20,000 nt of DNA. Origin: Thelocarpon superellum (lineage: Eukaryota). Under the pieces are notes generated by a model. It made no database searches. It was not told the origin of the DNA and worked only from the letters and a program-made list of their open reading frames with translations. Position 1 is the first letter of the stretch; the number at the start of each line of letters is the position of its first letter. The position numbers and the translations under genes are program-made. Where the stretch lies: positions 48,150 through 68,149 of the forward strand of contig JAPEUG010000045.1 of the NCBI GenBank assembly GCA_026025795.1, given 5' to 3'. This document shows positions 9,901-20,000 of the stretch, one piece after another.

Positions 9901-11225
9901 ACCTCGTCGAAAATGACATACTCGACCTCGCGAATCAGATCGGCACCGCGATAGAGCATGCTCCGCAGGATCTCCGTGGTCATGATGAGGCAGCTGGCTT
10001 CGGGCCGGATCTGGATGTCGCCGGTTAGGATACCGACATCGTCAAAGGTCTGCCGAAAGTCACGGAACTTCTGATTGCTCAAGGCCTTGATGGGCGAGGT
10101 GTAGATGGCCTTGGTCATGTGCTTGGCCGCCAAAGCGATGGCGTACTCTGCCACCACCGTCTTGCCGGCGGATGTATGTGCGGCGACGAAGACGGAGTCG
10201 CCCCGCTCCAGATGATAGACGGCCTCTTTCTGGAAGGTGTCGAGCTCGAATGGCCACTCTCGCGCCATGTCCGGCACAAGGTCGCGGAAGTTGGTAATGT
10301 CGCGGTTGACGTCGATCATGTGTGCCCACTCTCGGCCAGCACGACGTGCCGTGGATCCAGTCAATGGCCCGCGTGGTGCCAGTGCTGGATACTCGACGGG
10401 CAGCATGGCGTCAATCTCGTCGTCGCCCTCGCCATCGGCGTCCTCGTCCGAGCTGGCAGTGGCCTCTTGAGATCCAGGACCATCTTCGGACGCTGCACCC
10501 GCTGCTCCCTCTGCGGATGGGCCACCCACGGCCTCCGCAGCTGGTTCTGTCAACGTCAGCTCGAGCTCCTTGGCATCGTCCTGACCCGTCCTTGCCGGCG
10601 TCGGTTGCACGGCGAGTCCACGGCTGAAGCCAGGCGGTATTTCGAGCAGGCCGCCATCGCTTCCGAAGCTGATGAGCCGGTCTAGCGATGCTGATGCCTT
10701 GCCCTCCGGGCGATCGTGGCGTGATTGACTGCTGGCATCTTCGAAGGCGGCCGTCGCCTCGACGTCATCCAGGCCCCCCGGGGCGAATGGGTAGAATCCC
10801 GCGGCGCCCCGGACAAAATCCGCGCGGTTGGCTGGCCGGCGTAAGAGCGAAGTAGAATTCTTTGCCGTTGCACTGCTCGCCGGCACGGTGATCTCTCGGT
10901 AGCCTGTCACTCGTCCCTCCAGACCTGCTCGAGTAAAGCGCGTGATTGTTCTGGTCTGGGTGGGAGCCAGAGCAAACAGATCCGTGTAGTCTGGCGGGGC
11001 ATCCCATCGCTGCTGTAGCTTGTTCAACCACTCGGTCGAGAAGGACGGAGATGGCGTCAGGAAACGGTCTTGGAGCTCCTTGCGTAACTGGTCCTGGGAC
11101 CGTGGCTCTCGCGCTCTGGCACGGTGCTCATGCAAGATCTGGTCGATCAGGTTGTCCTCGGTGCCTTCGCCGGCCGACGCTCCTAGCCGCACCTTCTCCA
11201 GGGCCGCACTGAGTCGGTCGGCCAT
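6911..11225 (-). CDS. SKI2: Ski2 DExH-box RNA helicase (cytoplasmic exosome cofactor, antiviral), 1300 aa
   Basis: Eight exons: 11225-8463, 8412-8304, 8256-8129, 8075-7854, 7803-7624, 7534-7382, 7321-6984, 6920-6911 (3903 nt). Ski2 N-terminal motif ([16 protein letters not shown]), [37 protein letters not shown]-rich insert, and a DSHCT C-terminus ending [13 protein letters not shown]. The donor of intron 3 could be 3 nt off. Confidence 0.96.
9496..9550. repeat. 24-nt coding tandem duplication (about 2.3 copies) in the SKI2 RGG insert
   Basis: cctccacgtagatttgatccgcgc / cctccacgttgatttgatccgcgc / cctccac, with one mismatch; encodes GRGSN(Q/L)RG. Confidence 0.9.
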
Positions 11226-11570
11226 TTTGACGGTCTCGTCGGGGTCACCCAGGTCACTGCGGACATGAAGCAGTCCGTCGTACAGCTCTATCGCATCTTC
11301 TCAGACCAACTCGTTGCAATCGATACATCGTGTGGGGATCCTCATGTGGCGAGGGAAGGTTGTTGATTCGCGTGGTTCTTCATCGTCTGATCCGAACATT
11401 CCGACATCCATGTTAGCTATCAGTTGCCTCGCTGATGAGGAAATCATCAGCAAACTCCGAGACTGGGAGCCTTTCGCAAGACGGAGGAAGAGCTGTGCAT
11501 TGGTCCTGGTCATACGAGTGCCAGAGACGATCACACCTCCCCGCTAACTAATGCTACACTACGACTTGAT

Positions 11571-12663
11571 TCACCATTGACCCTCCAGATCTGCCATGGC
11601 CTCCATCTCATCTCCAAAGTCGTCATCAACTAGTCCTTGCGATATGCTGGGCACTTCTACCCTGTCCACAGCTCCTGCCGGGCCGTTGTCGATGGCCTCG
11701 CGTGCAAGCTCGTTGCCGAAGAGCGCGTCGAGCTCATCATCGTCCGGTTCCTGAGGCACCACGGCCGTCTGGGTTCGTCGGCCAGGCGTTGCAGTATACA
11801 GATCGTCCGCGTCCGCGGGATGGACCAATGGAGTTGATGGGCCCAGGTCATCAACCGGCGCAGGCGCTGCCTCTTGGGCGTTCGCGACTCCAGCGGTGAG
11901 TGCGTTGGTTGGGCCGGGAGGGACCGGTTCCGTGTCCAGGTCAAGATCAAGATCCGAGCTGGGAGGCATGCGCTCTTCGTCTATCCATTCTCGTCGCATC
12001 GCCTGCAATCGCCTGCTGTGGCCGAGCTTCTCGATCATGGCCAGTCCGTCCGCGAACTTTGCCTTGGGGTAGAGGTCATCGAGCCAGAGCTGGTACAGTG
12101 ACAGGAGTCGTCCGACGTCGGAGTACTATCGCTTGATCAACCTCGAGCCTCGGGCGGTACCTCTATGTGGACGCCGCAAGGCTCACCTCATGTCCTTTCC
12201 CCTTGAATCGTAATCGCTCCTTGGCGATGCGCCGAAGCTTCGGGATACCGTTTTGCGACAGCAACCTGGAAAGTGAATCACGGTGAGCCTTGACCATCAC
12301 CAGCGTGGCAGAGCGGTAGAAGGAAGCATACCGATTCTCATCCATCTTCACCGTCACCCGCTTCTTCTTCGTGACTTGAATCTCCTCGTCGATACCGAGG
12401 CCTCCCGCTACGCCGTCCTCTGTATCCCCGGCTCGTCGTGCTGCACCAGAAGGTTTCGGCGCCGGCGCAGTCATGTCGGTGTCGACATCACGAAACATGT
12501 CATCCATCGCGGCATCATAGTCGAATAAGTCATCAAAGGCTGCCGGATTGGCGGCAGGAGGTTCGACATGGCGCGCAGGAGCAGGCGCCGGGGCAGGCGA
12601 ATCTGTAGATCCAAAGAGAGATTGGGCATTGACGGCCGTCCGGTGTATCTCCGCGGCTGCCAT
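11571..12663 (-). CDS. CSM3: Replication fork protection complex subunit Csm3/Swi3/Tipin (321 aa)
   Basis: Exons 12663-12332, 12265-12187, 12125-11571 (966 nt). Swi3 domain: [100 protein letters not shown], followed by an acidic tail with EPDDDELDALF. Start chosen at the first ATG (12663). Confidence 0.93.
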
Positions 12664-12751
12664 GATGTGTGGCCAACTCAGGAAGGGATGGACGACGTGG
12701 ACGGAGCTCGCGGTAACTGTGACAACAATATCATCCCACCAGCGGAGGGCG

Positions 12752-12770
12752 ACGCGTACGGGGCGACGCG
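12752..12770. promoter_or_regulatory. Putative MCB (MluI cell-cycle box) ACGCGT plus adjacent ACGCG core upstream of CSM3
   Basis: ACGCGT at 12752-12757 and ACGCG at 12766-12770, about 90-105 nt upstream of the CSM3 ATG. It fits G1/S control of a replication gene, but the motif is short and this DNA is CG-rich. Confidence 0.35.
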
Positions 12771-12940
12771 CCGGAATTGTGGTAATCCGTGGCGGTGCCC
12801 GTGCGGAAGAGGACTGTACGGTCAACCGTAGTGTGGCTGGACGATACCTCGCAAGAGAAGACCAGGACGACGATGAAGAGACCTCTCCCGAGTCAATTCT
12901 GCCGACCCCGACCGGAAGACTGTTCCACCGCTGGCGCACA

Positions 12941-13849
12941 ATGGCCGACAACCAGCGGGCCTTTGTGCCAGCGAAGACCATCAGGACCGACTACCCCGTG
13001 AGCGATTGCCACCTGTTCCATCAAGGTTGAGGAGGTTCCGCTAATCCAAATACCCTGACAGTTGATCGACAGCGATCCGTACGCCGCCCCCGCTCCCCCG
13101 CTGCCCCATCACCGGTCAATCAGGAAGGAGACTCACCTTGCACACCAGGCACTTCAAGCGCGTCATTGGCTATGCGCGACCATCGGACTATGCGGCTGCG
13201 GCAGCCACCACGGCCGCAGGCCCGGCGTTGATGCTCTTCTGGGAGCGGGTGTCCCCCTCACTCGTCGGACGCGGCGGCTTTGCACCCATCATGCGCCTCA
13301 CGACGGCCATCTCGGCCGGCGCGGGCTTCCTCCTGCTTTATCAGAAATCCTCGCGTGCGTGCCCCTCGTCCATTCGCTCCGTCCTCATCCCTTGCTCGTC
13401 CACTCGCTCCTCCCTCCATATCTTGAGTGTCCATATCTTGAGTGAGTAGCGGGGGCCGAGCTCCACTGACCTTCCATCCCGCGTACAGTGCGTTTCTACG
13501 GATGGACGGAGAACCAGCGCGAAGTCGACATGGACATGCGAGAGATGGTTGGCAAGGTCAAAAAGGGCGAGCCGCTGTACGGCGACTCGGGCTTGACGCC
13601 GTATATGCAGGGCGTGGCGTCACGCAATTCCAGATACACCGGCGTATGGTTACACGTCATGCCCTGGTTCAACTTCGTCAACCACAATCAGGTGAGTGGC
13701 GGGCGGGCCTCGACGATGATACTTCTTCGTAGCTGTGGGCCGTGGCTGATCATCTTCGCGGTCGATAGCATGGCGTCGATACCGCCAAGTACTACCAGCA
13801 GGCAGAGCGGGAACTAGAGGCGGAGCGGCTAGGGTCGCCCCCTGCTTGA
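12941..13849 (+). CDS. NUXM: NADH:ubiquinone oxidoreductase 21 kDa (20.9 kDa, NUXM) accessory subunit, 187 aa
   Basis: Exons 12941-12997, 13062-13078 (17-nt micro-exon), 13149-13354, 13489-13691, 13769-13849 (564 nt). Protein: TDYPLIDSDPHFKRVIGYARPSDY...YQKSSLRFYGWTENQREVDMDMREMVGKVKKGEPLYG...ASRNSRY...PWFNFVNHNQHGVDTAKYYQQAERELEAER. Confidence 0.95.
13415..13444. repeat. Perfect 15-nt tandem duplication in NUXM intron 3
   Basis: tccatatcttgagtg x2. Confidence 0.95.
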
Positions 13850-14109
13850 TTAGAAATGTAACTATCGATGCTCGTACCAACAGCTTCTTGGCGCCTTCAA
13901 TCCAACCTTCCAACGATGCTTGGTGGCATCGGACCGTCAAAGATGCTGCGCCGACGATGCCAAAGGAACGACGCCGCCAGAAATGAAATGTATCCCCAGC
14001 TGGGCCCACCACTCCACCCAAGACACCAATGACGCTCAACGAAAGTGATGACAAGCTGCGCCCCGTCCCGTGTGTCCTGACCGGACCCTACCCAGCACCC
14101 GCCCCTCAC

Positions 14110-17100
14110 TCAGAACGCGCGACCCTGTCGACCCTGGCCGATGGTCTTGAAGGTCATGGACTGGACGTCCGACAGGACGTCGAACCGACTCTCGCCCTGG
14201 GTCAGGTCCGTATATCCACTGAAGTGGAAGCCGGACATGACCATCAGGTAGCTAAGAATCAGGATGCTGCCCTTGAAGTAGTTGCTCTTCCCCTCGCCGT
14301 ACATGTAGCTGAGGAGGAAGACGCATAGAATCACCGTCACCATGTCGAATTGGGGAAAGATCAACCTAGGGGTAGGGGGATCTGTTAGCCGTGTATCCTG
14401 CAACGGACGTGCCGCACAAGGGACCTACGTGAAGGTGTGGTCGAGAATCTCCCCCGGGTCCAGGAAGCGCCCCGTGATGGCGCTAAAGAGGACCAGCGCC
14501 GGGATCTGCAGGAGGCACACCTGCAGCGCGTACGCCGATCCGATCTCCATCGACAACGCGATGTTACCGTTCATGGCAAAGGAGATGGCGTTCTGCACGC
14601 GTACGTCAACACGACCGTTCTCGTGCGTAACAAGGAGTCCTCCCTACCAAGAATTCCGTGGTGTTTGGCACCAAGGCAAACAGGGTCATGCCCAGGAACT
14701 TCTCGTCGATATCCACGCTCTCCAGCACCACGTCCACCGTGTCTACGAGGATCTCCGCGATCACGGCGTAGAGGATGGTCGCCCCCAGCAGGATCACGGA
14801 GCTCTTCGTCCGGCTCCAGTTAGGCGCGTCGTGCCCGCCCACGTGGGAGCCGACGTCCGCGGGGACGGGGTCATCGTTGGCCTCCACCGAGGTGCCGGTG
14901 CGGGCCGGCGCTGGCCGGGGAGTGGCAGCGTTAGCCTGCGCCGTGATCGAGGGCTTCCGTGGCGTACGCGTCGTGACGTCCCGCGCGGCCACTGTGGCGG
15001 CTGTGGCGGCCATCTCCGCCACTTCACGTACCAGATGCTGATTGGCCTCGGCGGACAATCCAGGGATACGCACGGGCGGCCCGCCATCGGATGGTTGACT
15101 CCTCGGCGGCACCATGTACGGGGCGGGCAGACCCGAGATGGAGCCAGCACGAGAGTTGTCGCCGCTCTGGGTGCCCAGACCCGCGGACCGCAAGGACTGG
15201 TTGAGGATGCGCTTGTACAGCTGCGAATCACGGACGGAAGTACGCCCCGTGGCGTCGACGCTGCCCATGGTGTTTTGGCGAGTCAGCGTACCGTTGGACG
15301 GGCGCGGCTCAAAGTATCCCGATCCACTCAGATCGATCCCGGCCGTAGATGCTCCGCTCGGCCCACCGGCCTTTTTCTCTTCCGCCTCGGTGGCCCAGAT
15401 GACGGCGGCGTGGGTGCGGAGCGTGAACCACAGGCCAATGACGTACGAGGTAAAGAGGAGCACCGCGGCCAGCCAGCAATAGGGCCGCACGGCGTCGATG
15501 AAGAATCGATCGGTAACGGTCGGGTCTTGGGAGTAGTAACAGCGACGGCAATCGCGGCTGCCCGTACCAACCTCGCCCTCGATGCACGAGAGGCAATTGA
15601 GCTCGTGCTGGCAAATCAAATCAAATCAGCTCAGCTCATGCACCATGGGTGACCCGGGGACAACCGGGACGCGGCTTACCGTGCCATAGATCTGATACAA
15701 GAGTGTCGGACCAAAGGCGGCGATGACGGCGAAGAGTAGCATGGTGGAGGTGACGCCGGCGGACTTGGCGTTGAAGCGCTGCGTCTTCCGCTTGATGGCA
15801 CCAAAGCACATGGAGAGACCGGGCAGGAACAAGATGCCGGCGAAGATGCTGCCGATGATACTGCCCTCCACCAATTTCCCCTTGCCTTGGTCGAGCGCGA
15901 CGCAGTACAGAAAGACCTCGACGATGGTGGAGAAGAAGGCATTGATGGCGGCGCCGAGACCCATGGAGGTCTGGGCCGAGATGGATGCGACGGCCTGGCC
16001 GATGAAGTACGCCAGTGGGATGATGGAGACGAGGGCGAGGGTAAAGATGACGCCAGGGTGCGTCAGGATGACGTGGAGGTGGAGCGTCACATCCAACACC
16101 CAGTAATCAAAGATAACAAAGAGCACGATGCCCATGAGGTTGATGAGGAAGATGTTTGTACCGTCGATGGTGTACTTCCAGTACGTCGCCCCTACGGCGC
16201 GGTACGTGCATAAGAGGATCGACGAGCCCGTGCCGGGCACGCGTGAGTAGGCCCCATCGGAGTTGAAGGACATGGCGAGCGGGTGACGTCGCAGGTGGTA
16301 GATCAAGAGCACCGTGACTTTGCCCATGGGGATCCAAAAGACCAACAGCCAGCAGATGCCTGAGACCAGGAGGAGCAGGGGGCCGATCAGCCCGTAGAAG
16401 AAGACGAAGAAGATGACGCGACCGACATTCCACTCGCCCCGCCCAAATAATCGACGCTTGGTGCGGCGCACCTCGGTGCCGTCGCCCGAGCCACTCGTGG
16501 TCCGGCCGAGGAGGCTGTCGTGCTCGGTGGCGGAGTCGACGCTGCTTCGACGTCGACCCACGAGCGTGCGCGGGGTATAGGGGCCGAAGATCAGACGACC
16601 GTCCTCCAAGTCTCCGCTCTGCCAACGCTCATACTCGCTGATGCTTCGGCCCTCGCCCTCATCTTCGTCGGCGTACTCTTCTTCTTGCTGGAGACGAACG
16701 AACTTGCCGAATGGGTAGAGGATGTACCGGGACAGGCCCCAGAGCACTTGCCCATACCAGACGCCGCTAGGTGCGACGGCGAACATGAAGCAGACGAGGG
16801 CGCCGATGAGAGCGGCCAGGGCGAGCCACCATCCAAAGAGCAGGGTCCAGAGCACGTTGAAGAAGAAGAGCCATCCGCTGACACGTGCACCCGGCGAGGA
16901 GTGGATGTCGCCCTCGGCCGTGGTCTGAACAGAGCGATTCTTCTTGTACAAAGCTGGCTTCCAGATGCGGATGCCAAAGGGATGGGTCTCGTTGATGGCA
17001 TCCTGCCGATCCTTTAGAGTGAAGTCTTCGTCTTCGGCCTCCTCCGCGTCCGAGTCATCGCCCGTGTCGCCGGCAAAATCCTCGTCCACGTCAGTGGTCG

Positions 17101-17875
17101 GTGCGTTGTGATCGTCGCCCTCCACGGCTGGGGCCGCGACCGGTGGCTCGTCTTCCTCCTGCGGGCCGGTGCCATCGGTCTGTGATGGCCGCGCCGCAGC
17201 ACGAACCGGGCCCGGCCCGTCCTCATCCGAGGAGTCAACGGTCGGCAAGCCACTTGGTATTCCGGTGGCACGTCGGCGTAGCGTTGCTGGCTTCCCCCGC
17301 ACCGAGCCCCGACCGGAGGCGGCAGCCGTGGGGGTGTGTTGCTGCACCCGCTGCTGCTCGACCTCGTCGAGATCGTCGTCGACGGAGAACTGCTGTCCGC
17401 GATGGGGCGTTTGAGCATGTGAAGTCCCCCGTCGAGTGAGCGACGGTTTCTTCGATCGAGAAGTGCCTGGCGGGTCGGGCGACGGTCGGGTCCGTCGATA
17501 GGAGGAGTTGCTGGCGGTGCGGCGCAGCGGGCGAGACGTGTCATCTCCCGTTTCTGTGTTGCTCTCGAAGCCTGACGCCTCTGACTCCGCACGTGGATCC
17601 ACGGGGGCTGCCAGTGAGCCTGCCATTGCTGTTTAGCCCAACCGTCCGATCGGACTGGGCTTGGGCGACTTACCATATTGACCACCGGGGATGGGTTCGA
17701 CGCGATGGGTCATCGCGGGCCGCCGAGGCTCATCCATAGGGTCGCTGTCGGACGGTTCGTCGCTGGTGATGGGCTCATAGCGGACTGGCGAGGTTCGCGA
17801 GGTGGAGGATGCCTCCGATTGGGGCTCGCGGTGCGCGAATTTGTCACCCGCGGACGGGCCACTGTTGCTCGACAT
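14110..17875 (-). CDS. VNX1: Type II CAX-family cation/H+ exchanger (Vnx1-like) with YccF-like domain, about 1173 aa
   Basis: Exons 17875-17674, 17619-15680, 15607-14648, 14592-14429, 14365-14110 (3522 nt). Motifs: FTLKDRQDAINETHPFGIRIWKPALYKKNRSV, NVLWTLLFGWWLA...YPFGKFVRL, ILLCTYRAVG..YWKYTIDGTNIF, alpha-1 repeat (INAFFSTIVE...GSIIGSI), GHDAPNWSR, alpha-2 repeat (ALVPNTTEFLNAISFAMNGNIALSMEIGS), EGKSNYFKG. An alternative in-frame acceptor at 17629 is possible for intron 1. Confidence 0.93.
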
Positions 17876-19737
17876 GGCGTCGAATGTGGCGCCTGGTGGA
17901 AGAAAATCGGAGATCACACTTCACCAGGTAGTAGGTAAGCTGTGGGATTAACCACGCGGAAGTGTGGATCGTTTTCGTTCAGCGAGCTGGATTGAGGTCG
18001 GGATGGAGCATGGCCACGCCAGGTATCCGATGGCCGGGCGCGGAGCCTGTGACCTTTGCAAGCTGCGGTTGACTCCAGACTTGGTAGCTGATCGGAACAA
18101 GGGATCTACTCGCTGATACACCAACGGTCGTATCAAAGCAGGTACTAAGTCGATGGTGGTTGAGCGTGAGCGTGGTGAGCCCGTGTGGTCCGGGTGTGTT
18201 TGGTATCAAGTGATCAAGCCGACTAGTTATCAAGCTCCGGGTCCGAGCCAACCTCGTTGGATCTACCGCGTTGCTTACCGGGCCGAGTTAGAGGGAAGCT
18301 GCAGTTGTTGCCTCGCTTGAGCTGCCTGGACCGTAGCTCCGGCGGGGTGCATCTACGGTTTACCATAAGACCCCTCCGAGAGTCCTCATCCGCGCACTCG
18401 TACTCGTCCGGTTCTGATGCCTAAGGCAAATCACTCGTTCTTGCCCCAGAGCGACCAGCGCCTGGCGCCCGAACCAACGGCGGGACGGAGCATCTACACC
18501 ACAACTGGACCAATGTTGACTGGAAGCGTCTTGTCTCGGCTCACTCCCATGCAGGATCTTGGGAAAGTGCACGCTGTCGACGCAGGGGTAGAAAGTAATA
18601 CAGGCGATAAGCGGAACAACTCCATCAATCTCTCAAGTACTCCGTCAAGTTTGGCTGGCGACTTCTAAACTAAGACAGTCGGACGCCAACATTGCGTGCC
18701 AACTCCGCTTACCGGCGATTTGGTCTCGCGTTTTGGTCGCTCGGTTCCTTTCCGCTCAAATGTTCTTTTCCAACGAAGAATTGGCGTCCTCTTGTAAGCC
18801 AAAGCGAGCCAGAGTTGTTGCTCGAAAGACCAACTCTAACGCATTGAAAATGTAATCGGAGAAGACAAAGCGATTAATTGGCCGGTAAAGTCGACGCCCA
18901 CTGGTTATTGGCCCTGTCTCTTCTACTTAGCTACGTTGCCATTCGCCTGGTTCTTCACGTGAGCGTGTTCACCATCATCTGAATCTTGTGATCGCCAGTG
19001 GCGCGGCTGGTGTAAGCTTTTATCTGATTTATAAAACTCCTGCGGACCACGCACGAGTCTGCAACAGTGCGCTCTGTGTGGTAAAGAGCAGAGCGCTCCC
19101 GGGATGCAGCCCGTCCTTTAAGAGGGTTGGACAATGCGAGAGTCGTCCCATAGCAATACAAGCGCTAGACCGAATTAGACTGCGGCGGGATCAGATAGCT
19201 ACCTATCGCTGCCCAACAAATTGTGGACCCGGACTTCTTGCCACCTCACTCCGTGAGGTTCCCGCCACGGTCAAGTCCGAACTCTCCTTGTTCGATCAAT
19301 ATACCTTAGATCTCCCAGGCATCCACGTCAAAACAAGTCTAAAGTGCTACAAAGGTGTTTGCAACAGATTCCCATCGAGCATCGGCTTGCTGACTGCTCC
19401 TCAATGAGAACAGACGACGTGTATCAGGTCTTCAAGTCTTTACAAATTATCACTCATTGTGAGGTGTTTGATTCCCCTTTTTGCCCTAGGCTCAAGGACT
19501 AAGAGCAACTCCGCTTGCCAGGAAACGTCCAGCACCTATGTGCGGCCTTATGATGACTCGTGTCAGATATGCCTGTGGGCATGAAGTCTAGCAACAACCC
19601 GTTGTCGCCCCTTGTGATGATGCCATAAAGCGTGGCTCTCATGTCCTAATCCGAGACCGTGTCACACAGGTATGACGACGAAGAAGGGTACTTGTCCGAA
19701 TTGCGAGGGATAGTACAGCCTTGCCTAGCTGAGCGGG

Positions 19738-20000
19738 TCACTCGTCCGCATCAGTAGCCGACGTACCTAGATCTATCGCTCTCGTTGCAGAAGGGCTTTC
19801 CTTCCTCGGCCTTTGGCACGAAGGGCTCTGGCCTTGCTTCTCGAGAAAGCTAAGACCTTCTGCAATCCCGTCCTCGTATGCTTGTACGGTCATCGCGCTT
19901 GAGCCTTGATCACACTGGCAACTGGGTCGAGCAGATTTAATAGCCTGCTCCAGCTCAGACATCGTCTTGAACCCTTCCCGCCAAGCCTGGAAGACGATCT
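19738..20000 (-). CDS. Possible 3' end of an unidentified gene entering from the right edge
   Basis: The frame of the 74-aa ORF stays open to the window edge (IVFQAWREGFKTMSELEQAIKSARPSCQCDQGSSAMTVQAYEDGIAEGLSFLEKQ...DADE*). Composition looks protein-like, but I recognise no family. Confidence 0.4.
   Translation of the reverse strand, partial: IVFQAWREGFKTMSELEQAIKSARPSCQCDQGSSAMTVQAYEDGIAEGLSFLEKQGQSPSCQRPRKESPSATRAIDLGTSATDADE

Noticed and set aside
11301..11547. Two overlapping 77-aa ORFs between SKI2 and CSM3
   Set aside because: The 345-nt gap must hold the CSM3 3' UTR and the SKI2 promoter; no coding features seen.
12664..12981. N-terminal extension of the CSM3 ORF (272-aa call)
   Set aside because: Relies on a non-ATG start, spans the shared promoter and overlaps NUXM exon 1; the first ATG is at 12663.
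13355..13488. Stwintron (nested intron) in NUXM intron 3
   Set aside because: The 5' end lacks the G|GT or GT|GT pattern needed, and the internal AG is GAG with no clear branch point.
15613..15627. (AAATC)x3 microsatellite
   Set aside because: Short intronic repeat between branch point and acceptor of VNX1 intron 2; unremarkable.
14342..15652. 436-aa plus-strand ORF
   Set aside because: Lies antisense to VNX1 exons and is Arg/Gly-rich with no motif; expected from GC-rich codon bias.
18988..19407. 139-aa plus-strand ORF
   Set aside because: Non-ATG start, no motif, and codon usage unlike the real genes in the window.
1..20000. Novel defence or RNA-editing gene cluster (deaminase next to an antiviral helicase)
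   Set aside because: TAD2 and SKI2 are conserved eukaryotic housekeeping genes, and adjacency alone does not show a system. No transposon, CRISPR, tRNA or rRNA signatures were seen.

Overview
Gene-dense, GC-rich, intron-containing window from a filamentous ascomycete (Pezizomycotina-type splice signals and protein families). It is a housekeeping neighbourhood, not an accessory region. I reconstructed seven complete spliced genes by hand, each with exon lengths summing to a multiple of 3: COX16 (+), an importin-7/8 karyopherin NMD5/SXM1 (-), tRNA A34 deaminase TAD2 (+), RNA helicase SKI2 (-), fork-protection CSM3/Swi3 (-), complex I 21 kDa subunit NUXM (+) and a VNX1-type cation/H+ exchanger (-). 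The left edge holds the 5' end of a probable ATR/Mec1/Rad3 kinase that is absent from the ORF track, and the right edge may hold the 3' end of an unidentified gene. I found no mobile element, tRNA, rRNA or novel multi-gene system. The most unusual signals cluster at TAD2: an in-frame upstream ATG separated from the gene by a single UAG, a possible 1-nt frameshift at the C-terminus, and a stop codon only 26 nt from the convergent SKI2 stop. Family assignments come from motif recognition, not database searches.
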